A stretch of 64,000 bases of DNA, taken from positions 15,562,001 through 15,626,000 of the forward strand of contig OX597837.1 in the NCBI GenBank assembly GCA_951406725.2, read 5' to 3'. Below, one piece after another: positions 23,377 to 34,907 of this stretch (its first letter is position 1; each line of letters starts with the position of its first letter). Position numbers and translations under genes: made by a program. This stretch comes from Octopus vulgaris (Eukaryota). The notes beneath the pieces are model-generated. The model did not search any database, had not been told where the DNA came from, and saw only the letters and a program-made list of their open reading frames with translations.

Positions 23377-25044
23377 ATGAATAACAGTGGTACAGCCCAT
23401 GCTGGAACTGACTTCGAAAGTCACAAGAGAAATTCTAGAAATAAACGGTCGTCGAAACGAAACTCAAATCAGTATTTCTTTAAAGATTCGAAAAAAAACA
23501 ACGAAGTCCCCCAAAATCTTTGCGGTACACACCAGAATGTCAACCAACAAAATCAAAAACGAAGAGACAATATGAAAATTCAAATGAACGAATATTTTCC
23601 AAATTCTGCGCATAATATTCAAACAATGCCAATATATTCTTCTCCTGCATCAAACGAGGGGATGCTTTCACCAGTCATGGAGTTTGCCAATTCCATGACC
23701 CCACCGACACACACAGCGCCTCCTGCCGGAGACCAAATGATGATGAACCCCAATCAAGTGATTACCTATTCAGCCCCTGGTCAGTGGATCCAGCAAACTA
23801 CATTACTGCCAAACCAGTCGACCCTGCCCGTACAGCATTATCATATGGCCCCTGCGACTATCAACAGTCCACCGTTTTACCCGCATTCCATTTCTAACCC
23901 TAATGCTATGAGTTACATGCATTCATGTGGCGATTCTCTTCCACCCCAGAAATCAATGTCGGTGCCAGCCATGCAGAGTTATAAAATGGAACAAAGAAGA
24001 CAACAGTCTCTCATCCAGATAGTCAACCCGAACACCGGTGAAGATATTTCAAAAGAGATTTTGACTAATCGAATGGATGAAGACTTACAGGAATTGGATT
24101 CGTTCAGAGACAATCAAATCAATTTACTGGCAAAAGTAACGGAAACAACAACCACACACGAATCTCAGAATCCCGTTCCAGGTGTAATGGTTCCATATCT
24201 AATCCATCCGATTCATTTGCAAGAGGTTAACCCAGTGCAACAGATAATGTTTGAATCTCATATACCGCTCTCACATACAAGCGAAAATATTCAGGAACAG
24301 TCTACGACCCAAACACAAATTGAAATGTTTGACGAAGAACAGGAGAAACCCATCAATTGCAATAACGGAAATATTTCGGTTCAAACAGTTATTGGCACTG
24401 TAAAAGAAGATCCGGTCCATCGACCAGCCTTGCCGCAGTCCGAAAACATGATGAAAACCGTGTCAACGGAAAACCAGTCGACGCAAGAAAGTAGCGAAAT
24501 GCTACCGAATAAAATTGTGGATTCTGTCGAAGAATTTGTCCCCCAAAATACAGTTGAGAATGAAACGCTGGCACCAGAAGAAGTCAATTCGGTGCAGCGG
24601 CACAATCAGGTTTCTATAGTGTATCCGGTTCTAAATAAGTGTCATAGTAAAATGTCGCAGACAAATGCTATGGATACAAGCACTGCGGCTCAAGCGGCCC
24701 AGGCTCGTACCGAAAACCACCCCATTGAATCTAATTCAGTTGAACAACCGTTTCAGGTGGGCCTGCCATCATACGCTGAGATGACCCAACATCAAATTCC
24801 TTCTATGACCCCTTTGCAAGTGACTCAAGTTCAAACTCCGCTTCTACCAGCCGTTTCGGACCCTAACCAATTACAAACACGCCAGCCAGTTGTTGCATAC
24901 CTACCTGTTGTATTTTATTTAGAGGGAACAATTCCAAATGGAGATCCCATCGCAGGACCCCGTTCGTTCCAAGGGTCTGCCCACCCCCAGCCTCTATCTG
25001 CACACGGCGCAAAACCAACACAAGGCATTCAAGTGGATATCTAA
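23377..25044 (+). CDS. Intronless 555-aa Q/P/N-rich protein with an eIF4G-type PABP-binding motif (eIF4G N-terminal-like retrogene)
   Basis: Uninterrupted 1668-nt ORF. QRRQQSLIQIVNPNTGEDISKEILT (23992-24066) resembles human eIF4G1 [25 protein letters not shown]. No MIF4G/MA3 domain seen; the stop codon runs into an A-tract. Confidence 0.75.
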   Translation: MNNSGTAHAGTDFESHKRNSRNKRSSKRNSNQYFFKDSKKNNEVPQNLCGTHQNVNQQNQKRRDNMKIQMNEYFPNSAHNIQTMPIYSSPASNEGMLSPVMEFANSMTPPTHTAPPAGDQMMMNPNQVITYSAPGQWIQQTTLLPNQSTLPVQHYHMAPATINSPPFYPHSISNPNAMSYMHSCGDSLPPQKSMSVPAMQSYKMEQRRQQSLIQIVNPNTGEDISKEILTNRMDEDLQELDSFRDNQINLLAKVTETTTTHESQNPVPGVMVPYLIHPIHLQEVNPVQQIMFESHIPLSHTSENIQEQSTTQTQIEMFDEEQEKPINCNNGNISVQTVIGTVKEDPVHRPALPQSENMMKTVSTENQSTQESSEMLPNKIVDSVEEFVPQNTVENETLAPEEVNSVQRHNQVSIVYPVLNKCHSKMSQTNAMDTSTAAQAAQARTENHPIESNSVEQPFQVGLPSYAEMTQHQIPSMTPLQVTQVQTPLLPAVSDPNQLQTRQPVVAYLPVVFYLEGTIPNGDPIAGPRSFQGSAHPQPLSAHGAKPTQGIQVDI

Positions 25045-26888
25045 AAAAAAAAAAACAGAAAGAAAGAAAAGAAACAAAAACGGATGTAATATTTCGCAAA
25101 TTGCTTATTTTCAGTTTATAATGAACTAATCTAGATTTAAGAAAGAAAGAGAGAACGAAAGAAAGAATGAATGGAAAGGAGGAAAGACTAAAAGCTTTTT
25201 CACGGCAACGGAGCAGAATTTCGAATCCTGGGGATAAAACGTTTGAAAGAGAAAAAATTCAGTTTATAACAAAGGATTACAACCGTAAAAAGATATCGGA
25301 GCAGGGAAGACGGAATTTTCAATTGAAACTTTTTTTCCTTGTTGACTCGTTCGAGATGTTTCTTTATGAAACACATTTTTTAAAGATTATTTTGAAAATT
25401 ATTTTAAAACAAGGAACATAGCTTTAAAGTACATAACTTTAAATGAAAAATGACAAATCTTATAAACTCTATAAGAGATGCTTGTCTGTAAGAGAAAAGG
25501 AAAAATCAGGAAAAACTTATATCGACAGAAGAAAAAAAAAATTGTGTAAAATTGGAACATATTTATTGTTGGGATGTTTTTGTGCATTTTTTTATTCTTA
25601 ATTTTTGTTTCTTTTATTTTTCTATTTTTTTTGCAATAAGCCTGAATATTTTAGTGACATTTTTTTCTCAAAGAAATTCTCAAGATTATTATTATTATTG
25701 TTGTTGTTGTTGTTATACTGCGGTATAAAATTGCAATGGAAAATAAAGTTAATTCGATATTATATATTTATAAATTTTGAAAGGCTTCTAAAAAATCTAA
25801 ATTGTCAAAAGAGAAAGAGAAAAAAAATTAACGGCTGTTAAATAATTTCCTAGTTTACCGTTTCTTTAAAATTATTTACTTATATTAAGGTCTAGAGTTC
25901 AAATTAAACTCAGTATTCCGTTTTTATTGTTGCTTAAGCTTCCAGGTCAGCCCCGTCTGAGCAGAAACATTTATGGTCAAAGTCGTTCCACATGTGACCA
26001 TCTTTGATTCAGACAGCAAATCAAAGAACACATTCGTTAGAATTTGTCTCAAATTTTGGCACAAGTTCAGCAATTTTTTTTGTGTGTGTGAGTTAAAATT
26101 TCGCAGAGGTCGGTTTTGCCTTTCATGCTTTTGGGGTCGATAAATTAAATACCAGTTGAACACTGGGGTTGATGTAATTGACTCATCTCCACTCCCAAAT
26201 TGCTACCCTTGTGAAGCTGGACGAAATGCTTGGCGGCATTTCGTCCGTCTTTACGTTCTGAGTTCAAATGCCGTCGAGGTCGACTTTGCCTTTTATCCTT
26301 TCAGGGTCGATAGATTAAGTACCAGTGATTCATTGAGGTCGATCTAATCGACTTGTCTCCTCCCCCAAAATTTCAGGCCTTCTGCCTATAGCAGAAAGGA
26401 TTATATTATTTTCATACTTATTTATGCCTTTCTTCTCCTTAAAGTAAGGCTAAGGTTTTGGAGCGGAAAAGGGCACAAATTTGGAGGGGGGTGGGAGCTA
26501 AATATGGAACTTTTTCAAAAGTCGTAATTCCCATTGTATGAAAGACAAGAATACAATATACATGGCGAGTATCACTCAGTCTCCATTTTCTTTTCCTTCT
26601 CCATGAACTAATGGTTATTCCTAAATTCCACCAAAATAAGTTTAATCTCCCTCTAGTCTACATTATTTAACATTTCCTTTCCTTTTTGAAGAAGGAAGAG
26701 TGAAGTTGGGAGGAGAATTGGTTGCTGTGTCTAGAAGCGTTACTTCATAGAGGTTCCTTGGTTGGCTTGCACTGTCGACAACATAACGCCTTCCCATTCG
26801 ATGTAAAGGTGACCATCTCCACTTGAGGAGCTAAATTTAGAGCTGCAAATTAATCAAAATCTTCGCCATTATATAGTTGACAGGTGAA

Positions 26889-27080
26889 GGCGGCGAGCTG
26901 GCAGAATCGTTAGCACGCCGGGAGAAATGCTTAGCGGCGTTTTTTTCCAGCTTCACGTTCTGAGTTCAAATTCCGCCAAGGTCGACTTTGCCTTTCATCC
27001 TTTTGGGGTTTGATAAAATAAGTACCAGTTGTAATCGACTCCTTTACAATTAATGGCCTTGTGCTAAAATTTGAAAGCAT
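26889..27080 (+). mobile_element. tRNA-derived SINE with Nin/Deu-like central domain (representative copy)
   Basis: Box A GAGCTGGCAGAATCGTTAG, box B GAGTTCAAATTCC, then GACTTTGCCTTTCATCCTTT..GG..GATAAA..AAGTACCAG. Many copies in the window. Confidence 0.8.
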
Positions 27081-29621
27081 TATGTAATACTGGTCGTGTC
27101 TGTAGAGGAGTAGGAATTATGCCTTTCGGTATTTGTTTCGGTTCGCTGCATTCTGAGTTCAAATCCCACCAAGGTCAACTTTATCTTTCGTCCTTGGTCG
27201 ATAAATAAAGTACCAGTTCAAAGAAGTGGGTTCGCTTGATACCTCATGGTATTTGCTCTAGTTCTTGGGGATTAGACTTAATCTGTTGCCCGGTTTAACT
27301 CTATCCTCTGGTCCTTGGGGTCGTTTTGGGCAATCCTTGCGTTTGGTGTCTCCCTTATCCGAGTTTTTACAGGCTTATATAGCAGATATAAAAGTGTTGT
27401 TCCCGTAAAAGCGTCACCCACGACGGATGGCCTCCTCGCCCTAGCTACACTACCGCTTTAGGGTCCGAATTGACTGTTTAGAGGATTCAGAGCAAGACTC
27501 CGGTTTAAAGATAACTTCCTTCTTGCCGTCTCGGAGGCCCTCAAAAAGTTCCGAGTAACGCTTTTAGGGGTGGAGCGGCATTTTTGGGTCCTCTGTGTGG
27601 GTCTGTACAAGCATGAGGGTGGCCGTCAGGATGGGGAACTCGAAGGTTGCCTTCCCTCCACCCGGTGCCATAAACTTTAGCTCCAGCCCTGAGGTGCTGC
27701 CCTTACAGTCCTCATTAAACGGTAGAAATAGGGGCACTGCGAGGGAAAGTATATCAGAGAAGAGTAAGGTTGGGAAATGCAGCTAATTTTTTTTTAAATC
27801 GTTGAAACTTGTGATGCTGCAATACATATTTCTGAGTTCAATCCTAAATCAACGATCAGGCAGCTTCATGTTCCTTGACTAAGCTGTATAAAAGTAGAGC
27901 TAACACACTTGTAGTGGTTTATTTTAATATCTTTACTTAATTGAGACTAAACCCGGAATAAAGAAAATTGTTGAATAATTTTTAACTGAAGCAAACAAAG
28001 ACAACGGTATTTTTATATTAGGTTGTCGCTCTAGAATCCCAAATATTTACCGTATTTGATAGCATACAAGAATCACCTCAGGTCCTAACTGCGAAACTGA
28101 GCCTCCCATACGCTAATATCCATCCATCTATCTTTTCCACTGTGCGGCATTGTGCGCACTGTAGCCCTCAGTCGACCGAAGCTTAGCTTGGCAATTTGAT
28201 GGACAGGAATTGTGTGTGTGTGTTTGCTCCTCCGCCATCGCAACCGGAATTGGTTTGTTTACGTACCCGTAAATGAACGGTTCAACAAAAGAAACCGATG
28301 GAATTAAGTACCAAACTTAAAAATCAATACTGCGGTCGATTTGTTCAACTAAACCTTCCAAGGTGATGCCCGAGCATGGCCGCAGTCCAATGACTGAAAC
28401 CACTCAAGGTTAGTAAAGTCTCATATTTCAAAGGAGGGAATTAGTCGATTAAAGTGACTCTGGTATTTGACTAGGTACTTTATTTTATCGACCTCAAATG
28501 GACAAAAGGCAAAACTTAATTTCGGCTGGATTTGAACCCAAACCGTAAAGAGCGGAAGAAATACCGCTTTGTATTTTGTCCCACTCACGAACAATTCTGC
28601 CTCTCCATTTTCTTATTGCTCTCTCTCTCTCCCTCTCTTTATTGAACTGCTGAGAAAGGACCAAACCCCACTGCCTTTTAGCTTCATCATTCATAAATGT
28701 GCCGACAGAATTTCATGTACATCAGATATCCTTTATTCTTCTCTTCGCGCGGTTCTCACGTGGATGACAATATACTTGAAATGTAAATAAAAGCCATCAT
28801 TTCACTTAGGAGCGTCCGTCCAGGATAAGACGTTGGACCAAGATGTCGGCAAACGGAATTAAGACCGAATCAGCGATCTGACCAGAGACTATTTTGACAC
28901 AGTCAGCTCATATTATTTCTAGAATTTGATTGATTTTGTCTTACTGTGTTCTTCCAATGAACTTTCAATGAAATATTCTCTGTATTTAGGCCGCTTCAAA
29001 CTATATTTTTAATATTTCTACATTTGACTGGGATGACACAAAATAAATAAATAAATAAATGGCGTTTCGATTTATTTTTAAAATCTCGAACATTTCTGTT
29101 CTTTATTTACCAAACTTTGACATCAAACCATCGCAATAAAATAAATATTCTATGCTGCTATTTCAAAAATTAGTATTTTTCTCACCAGAGTCATCGCTAT
29201 ATACAAGTATTCATCACCCTAATAATCCTTCGATCTGCTAGAAGGAGCAGTCATATCTCCGTAAAAATCAAACCCGCCAATGTCTTTAAGAAGGAAAGAC
29301 ACAATATAGTTTTCTAGATGTACTATGCCTGAAATAAAAGACGATGTGATGGTCATAGCTGGAATTTTTTAATCATAGATATATTCAGAAAACTGCCTCC
29401 ACCGCAATTAAGTGTAAAATTGAATCAAAATCCCTGGATTAAGTTTTTTCTGTTTTGATAAAAATATTTACAGATTATTGCTTTTTTCTACCCTATTTCT
29501 TCCAAAAAAAAAAAAAAAAAAAAAGAAACAAACTCTTATGGAACAATAGAAGTAATCTGTATTTAATAACGGTTTCAAATTTTGGCACAAGGTCAACAAT
29601 TCGGGGTGGATGAGGGTCAGT

Positions 29622-29955
29622 ATATTATTGACATTTGACGGATAGAATCTTGTTTGTTGTTAACACAACGTTTCGGCTGATATACCCTCCATCCTTCATC
29701 AGGTGTCTTGGGGAAATTTCGAACCTGGGTTCTCATTCCTAAGATATTTTTCGATATTAAATCATTATTATTAATACCAGTATTAAGGAAGAATAGGAAA
29801 ATATTAGATTTATAAGCCCTAAAATTCACTCCATAATTGCTCACGGTCATATGGCATAGTGGTTAAGAGCGTGGGTTACTAACCCCAAGATTTCGAGTTC
29901 GATTCAAGGCAATGACCTAAATAATAATAACCTGATGAAGGCTGAAAGTATATTG
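29622..29955. mobile_element. Hammerhead-bearing, tRNA-headed repeat in fold-back arrangement (copy 1)
   Basis: Minus-strand tail with hammerhead (29662-29707); tRNA-like head 29845-29917 with boxes A and B; (AAT)n; then truncated CCTGATGAAGGCTG. Confidence 0.7.
29662..29707 (-). ncRNA. Minimal type I hammerhead ribozyme motif
   Basis: GACAC CUGAUGA a GGAUG-loop-CAGCC GAAAC GUU GUGUU. Confidence 0.7.
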
Positions 29956-30799
29956 ATTTGCTCGAAAGAAGTAAAAGACTTTATGATATTAACGATCAGT
30001 GATAGTTTAAGATGGAAAGACAGGAGCAAAAATGATGTTTTTTGTCGGAAAGAGGAAAAGAATGAGTGAAGAAGAAAATGAGGAAGGAGCAGAAAGTCTG
30101 AAGAAAGACACGTGTGTCGTTATATGGCCAATTTGGAAAGAAATAGAAATTGGGATTTTTGAAGGCAGGAGGGAGAGAGAGCGCAATTGGCCATTGTATG
30201 TAGAGTGTATATATGTTGCTTTTGTGAGTAGTGTGTTTGTATATTAGGGAGTATACATATATATGGTATACGTATAGCCCAGGGTTCTACCACTTTTGCT
30301 GGTATATTAGAAAAACCCCTACATTTTATCTTTCCTTCTTAATCTGTTATTTCGAAGGAGATTAGAATTTTATACTTCTTTGAAATTACTAAGTGTCTCT
30401 CTTGAAAAAGTCTGAAAACTTCTGGAATGCACCTTGTAGCTATTTTTTTTTTTTTTTTTAACTATATCTTTACAAAGAATTATTGACAAAAATAAAAATT
30501 CACTGATTAATTAATTTCAAATATTTATTGGTTTTATATTCTCACATTCTGTAACAAAATAAGCAACAAAACACAAGTTTATCTCCGTCTAAACTTGCAA
30601 TGATCACAGCATCTGGTTTTCCACACAGTTTCACGTATGCTGTGTCTATTATATCATCTGTTCCTATACACAACTTCTTGCAAACATTTAGTGTTTGTTT
30701 CTCATCTCCTTTTGCTTGTTATGTCTGGCATCTATTATTAAGTAAAGCCTTGGATCTGCTCTTGCACCAGTTATCACAGGCACCAATGAAATTGTTGCA

Positions 30800-31737
30800 T
30801 CTGTCGTTATGTCAGTCGTTTTAACCTTTTGACCTTCACATCTACAATGACATTGCTATTGCATCTTTTGTTGTATATGCTACATCTGTTGTAACATCTG
30901 TTGTTATATCTGTTACTACATTTGTTGTGGTAGCTATCATTAAATCTTTTGATACACCTGCTGTTCTGTTGTTGCTATACATGTTATTACGTGGAGCACG
31001 TAAGATTGTGGTTTCAATTCCTGGACTGAGCGACGCGTTGTGTTCTGGAGCAAAACACTTCATTTCACGTTGCTGCAGTCCACTCAGCTGGCAAAAATGA
31101 GTAACGCTGCGATGGACTGGCGTCCCGTCCAGCTGGGGAACACATATGCCATAGAAACTGGGAAACCGGGCCCATGAGCCTGGCTAGGCTTTAAAAAGGG
31201 CACATTTATTTATTATTATATTACATGTTATTACATCTGTTGTTGAATCTTTAGTTACATTTGCCATTATATTATTGTTACATCTGTTGTTGTATATCTT
31301 ACATCTGTTATTAAATCTGTAGTTACATTTGCTGTTAAACTTATTGTTGTATCTGTTGTTAATCTTTAGTTCCATCTTCTATTATATTACTGTTACATCC
31401 ATCTGTTAGTAAATCTGTTGACACATCTGTTCTTGTACCTGTTATAACATCTGTTGTTATATCTTTTGTTACATCTGTTAGACCTGTTGTTGTAATTGTT
31501 GCTAGAGCTGTTGCTGCATCTGTTATTATAGTTGTTGTGACATCCATTGTTAATTTTGTTGTCACATTTATTCTTGCATCTGTTATCACATTTATTGTGA
31601 TATCTGTTGTCAAACCTGTTACATCTGTGTGACATTTGTTGTTATATCTTAGTTAAATCTGTTGTTGTATCTGTTGCTAAACCTGTTGTGACATCTGTTT
31701 CTTTGGCAACACCTGAGCAAGTATCTTCAACTGCAAT
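30800..31737 (-). repeat. Degenerate 12-bp tandem repeat (ACAGATGTAACA, TDVT-like), decayed Thr-rich exon
   Basis: Repeated ACATCTGT(T) units on +; Thr-rich ORF pieces 31359-31613 and 30842-31063; canonical acceptor at 31738. Confidence 0.7.
30990..31217 (+). mobile_element. SINE inserted in the Thr-rich repeat
   Basis: Box-B-like GGTTTCAATTCC, a GCGATGGACTGGCGTCCCGTCCAG domain and an (ATT)-type tail; it interrupts the 12-bp array. Confidence 0.7.
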
Positions 31738-31988
31738 CTGTAAAAGATAATTGATACTGCAATAAATTATACATTATTAGGAAATGTATGAACATCACAC
31801 AATCTCATTTCCTTAGTCTTAAATATTCAACCTTTCCAGGAATAATTGTTTGTTATTAATAGTTAAATCACACAGTTTGCAGTAGAAATTTATAGTGGTT
31901 CATACGGACTGGTGAAAGGCAAAAGGGAAGCGAGAGGGAACCCTAGGACAGGAGGATTAGGTGGATAAAGGATAGAATACAACAGCAA

Positions 31989-32078
31989 TCATACCTTTTT
32001 CACAGCAACAATTCCATAACAGCGAGGAGATGTGACAGGGTCAAACAATTGTAAGAGAGAGACATCTTTGATGGATTC
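31989..32078 (-). CDS. METTL25: METTL25 coding exon 7
   Basis: ctcattag|ESIKDVSLLQLFDPVTSPRCYGIVAVKKV*; absent from the ORF track. Confidence 0.9.
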   Translation of the reverse strand, partial: ESIKDVSLLQLFDPVTSPRCYGIVAVKKV

Positions 32079-34831
32079 CTAATGAGAGAAAATGAAGGAA
32101 GACTTGGGTTTAAACAATAATAAAACCACATACTACAATACAGCATCATCATCAACATCATTAATGTCATCATCAACATCAGCATCATCATCAACATCAT
32201 TTTATTGTCCACTTTCCCATCTTTTTGCTTGGGTCAAATAGAATTTGCCAAAACAGATTTTCTACGGCTGGGTGCTCTTCCTGTCACCAATCCTCACCTG
32301 TTTCTAAGTAAGCTAACATTTTCCCCATGACTAGACATGTTTTCATGGGAAACAAGAAACGAAGGATACCACTTGCTGGATAGTGACATTTATTTACAAC
32401 CATCACACAACACAACACACACATTATATATATTCCCTCTCTGTTTGGAGGCACAAGCACTTACACACACGGCAGTAACCTCCACCTACTAAACTCAATT
32501 GCAAAGCTTCAGTTGGCCAGAGACTATAGCGGAAGACACTTGCCCAAGGTGCCATGCAGTGAGACTGGCACTTTGGCCAAGTGTCTTCTGCTATAGCTTT
32601 GGGCTGACCAAAGCTGTGTAATTGAATTTAGTAGGTGGAACTTACTGCCATGTGTGTACATATGTGTGTAAGTGCTTGTGTTTCCTAACAGAGAGGGAAT
32701 GTATATAATATATATATATAAAAGTTCTAGCAACACTACTCCTCAACAGACTTGTTCTGTTCCTTACCGAAAATCATCTTCCAGAAAGCTAATGTGGTTT
32801 CAGAGCCAACAGGAGCACAACAGATAGGGTTTACGTTCTCAGGTCGCCCCAGGAAAAGTGCCAGGAGCAAAACAAACCACTTTATGTAACATTTGTCGAT
32901 CTGACGAAAGCGTTCGACACTGTGAGCAGATCAGAGCCATTCCCCATCAACAACAGTGTGAAGCAGGGCTGTGCCCTAGCACCAACTCTCTTCAGCACGA
33001 TGCTCAAGCAGACCACTGTAGACCTCGACGCTGAAGATGGCGTCTACATCAGGTACGGTCTGGACGGCAGTCTTTTCAACCTCCAGCACCTACAGGCCCA
33101 CACCAAGATACAAGAGCAAGTGATCTAGGACCACCTCTTTGCAGATGCTGCTGCTGCACTTGTTGCACACACAGAAAGAGTCCTGCAGCACATCACATCC
33201 TGCTTTGCAGAGGCCACCCCAGCTCTTTGGGCTGGAAGTAAGCTTGTAAAAGACTGAATTCCTACACCAACCAGCTCCTCAGGAAGAGTACAAGATGCCC
33301 CACATCACCATTGCTGAAACAGAACAGAAATTGGTACAGCAGGTCATTTGTCTTGGATATATCAGTTCATCAGATGTAAGTATCAACAAAGAAATTGACA
33401 AGACTTGCAAAGGCAAACTGCACAAACGTGTGTGGAATAATAAACATCTTAAGATCAGCAGAAAAGTCAGAGTCTACAGGGCCATCATCCTCACGATGCT
33501 CCTAAATGGCTCTGAGTCCAGGGTCCCCTACCACTGTCATCTCAGGCTCCTTGAACGTTTTCACCAACACTGCCTTTGTACCATCCTCAACATCTACTGG
33601 AGTGACTACATCACCAACACTGAAGCCCTCAAGTGAGCAAAGATCACCAGTCTGGAAGCCGTTTTATTTGAGACATGATTACGTTGGGCAGGACACCTGT
33701 TTTAGGCACACTCACCTGTTCCAGTAGGTAATAAATCCGGTCCAATGCAATGAGTGCTTCGATACATGGGGCCAATGCAGACTTTACTTGGAAAAAAGCA
33801 GCAAGTTTCTTTTTGTCCTCTTCATATTTTACCAAATAATCCTGAACCATTTCTTCAGAGATCTGAAAATTAAGAAATAAGGGAAGACATAAGCATACTC
33901 ACAAAGACAGACAGACAGACAGACAAAAACACACACACACACATGCACACTACAGCTAACCATACCACTGCAGTCTTCTCTCTTACACAAAACAGCTGAT
34001 TTCTCTAATCAAATAATTCTATGAAGAAATCAATGAAATATACACAAAAAGTATAAATAACCTTTTCAGAAGAACAGTCCAATTTCTGGAAAGCCATTTT
34101 TACATAATCATAAAACGAAGAACATTTGCTGGCTAATTTTCTTAATTTGATGGAATTCTTCAAAGAATTTTGTTCCTGCTTGGATAAAGTATCAATGAAG
34201 ATCTTCTGAAGGAGTGCTCGTTGGAATAGAGATTCTCCTGTTAACTGGAAAAGAAAAAACAAAAATCGAGGAAAAATAATTGAAGAATATGACAAACTTA
34301 GGGTAATCATGAATTATTAACAAACATGTTATTGCATTGATTGGGCAAAAACTCTCCGTAGACATCCAGATGGAGTCATCTGTTGGAAAAGCAAACTACT
34401 TTTACTATTTTTAGATATGCTATCTTAACATTTGTTGGCCATTTCTAGCACCGGCAACAAGTTGGTAACCTCAACCAGCTTAACAATCAAGTAATAACCA
34501 CAGAATCATAGAATCACAATAAAGCTCTTTAATACCAATATATATTATGTATATATATGTACATCCTGTGTGTGTATGTGTGCAGATATATATATATATA
34601 TACATACACACAGTTATTGTTAACACTAATCTGGTAAAATTAAGAGAGTTACACATCTTTCAAAATTTGACAATAAAATTTAATTAAGTAACTTACATTA
34701 TATAACTAATAATCAATAATTGTGTTAATTAAAAGCACATTAATGTAAGAAAATATTATATAAACAATCTGTCCTATTTTGCTATATATATATATATGTA
34801 TGTATATGTATATATACATATATCATCATGA

Positions 34832-34907
<76 letters not shown>

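Noticed and set aside
29845-29917. Functional tRNA gene
   Set aside because: Imperfect T and acceptor arms, no T-run terminator, and embedded in a repeat that recurs at 54337; treated as a SINE head.
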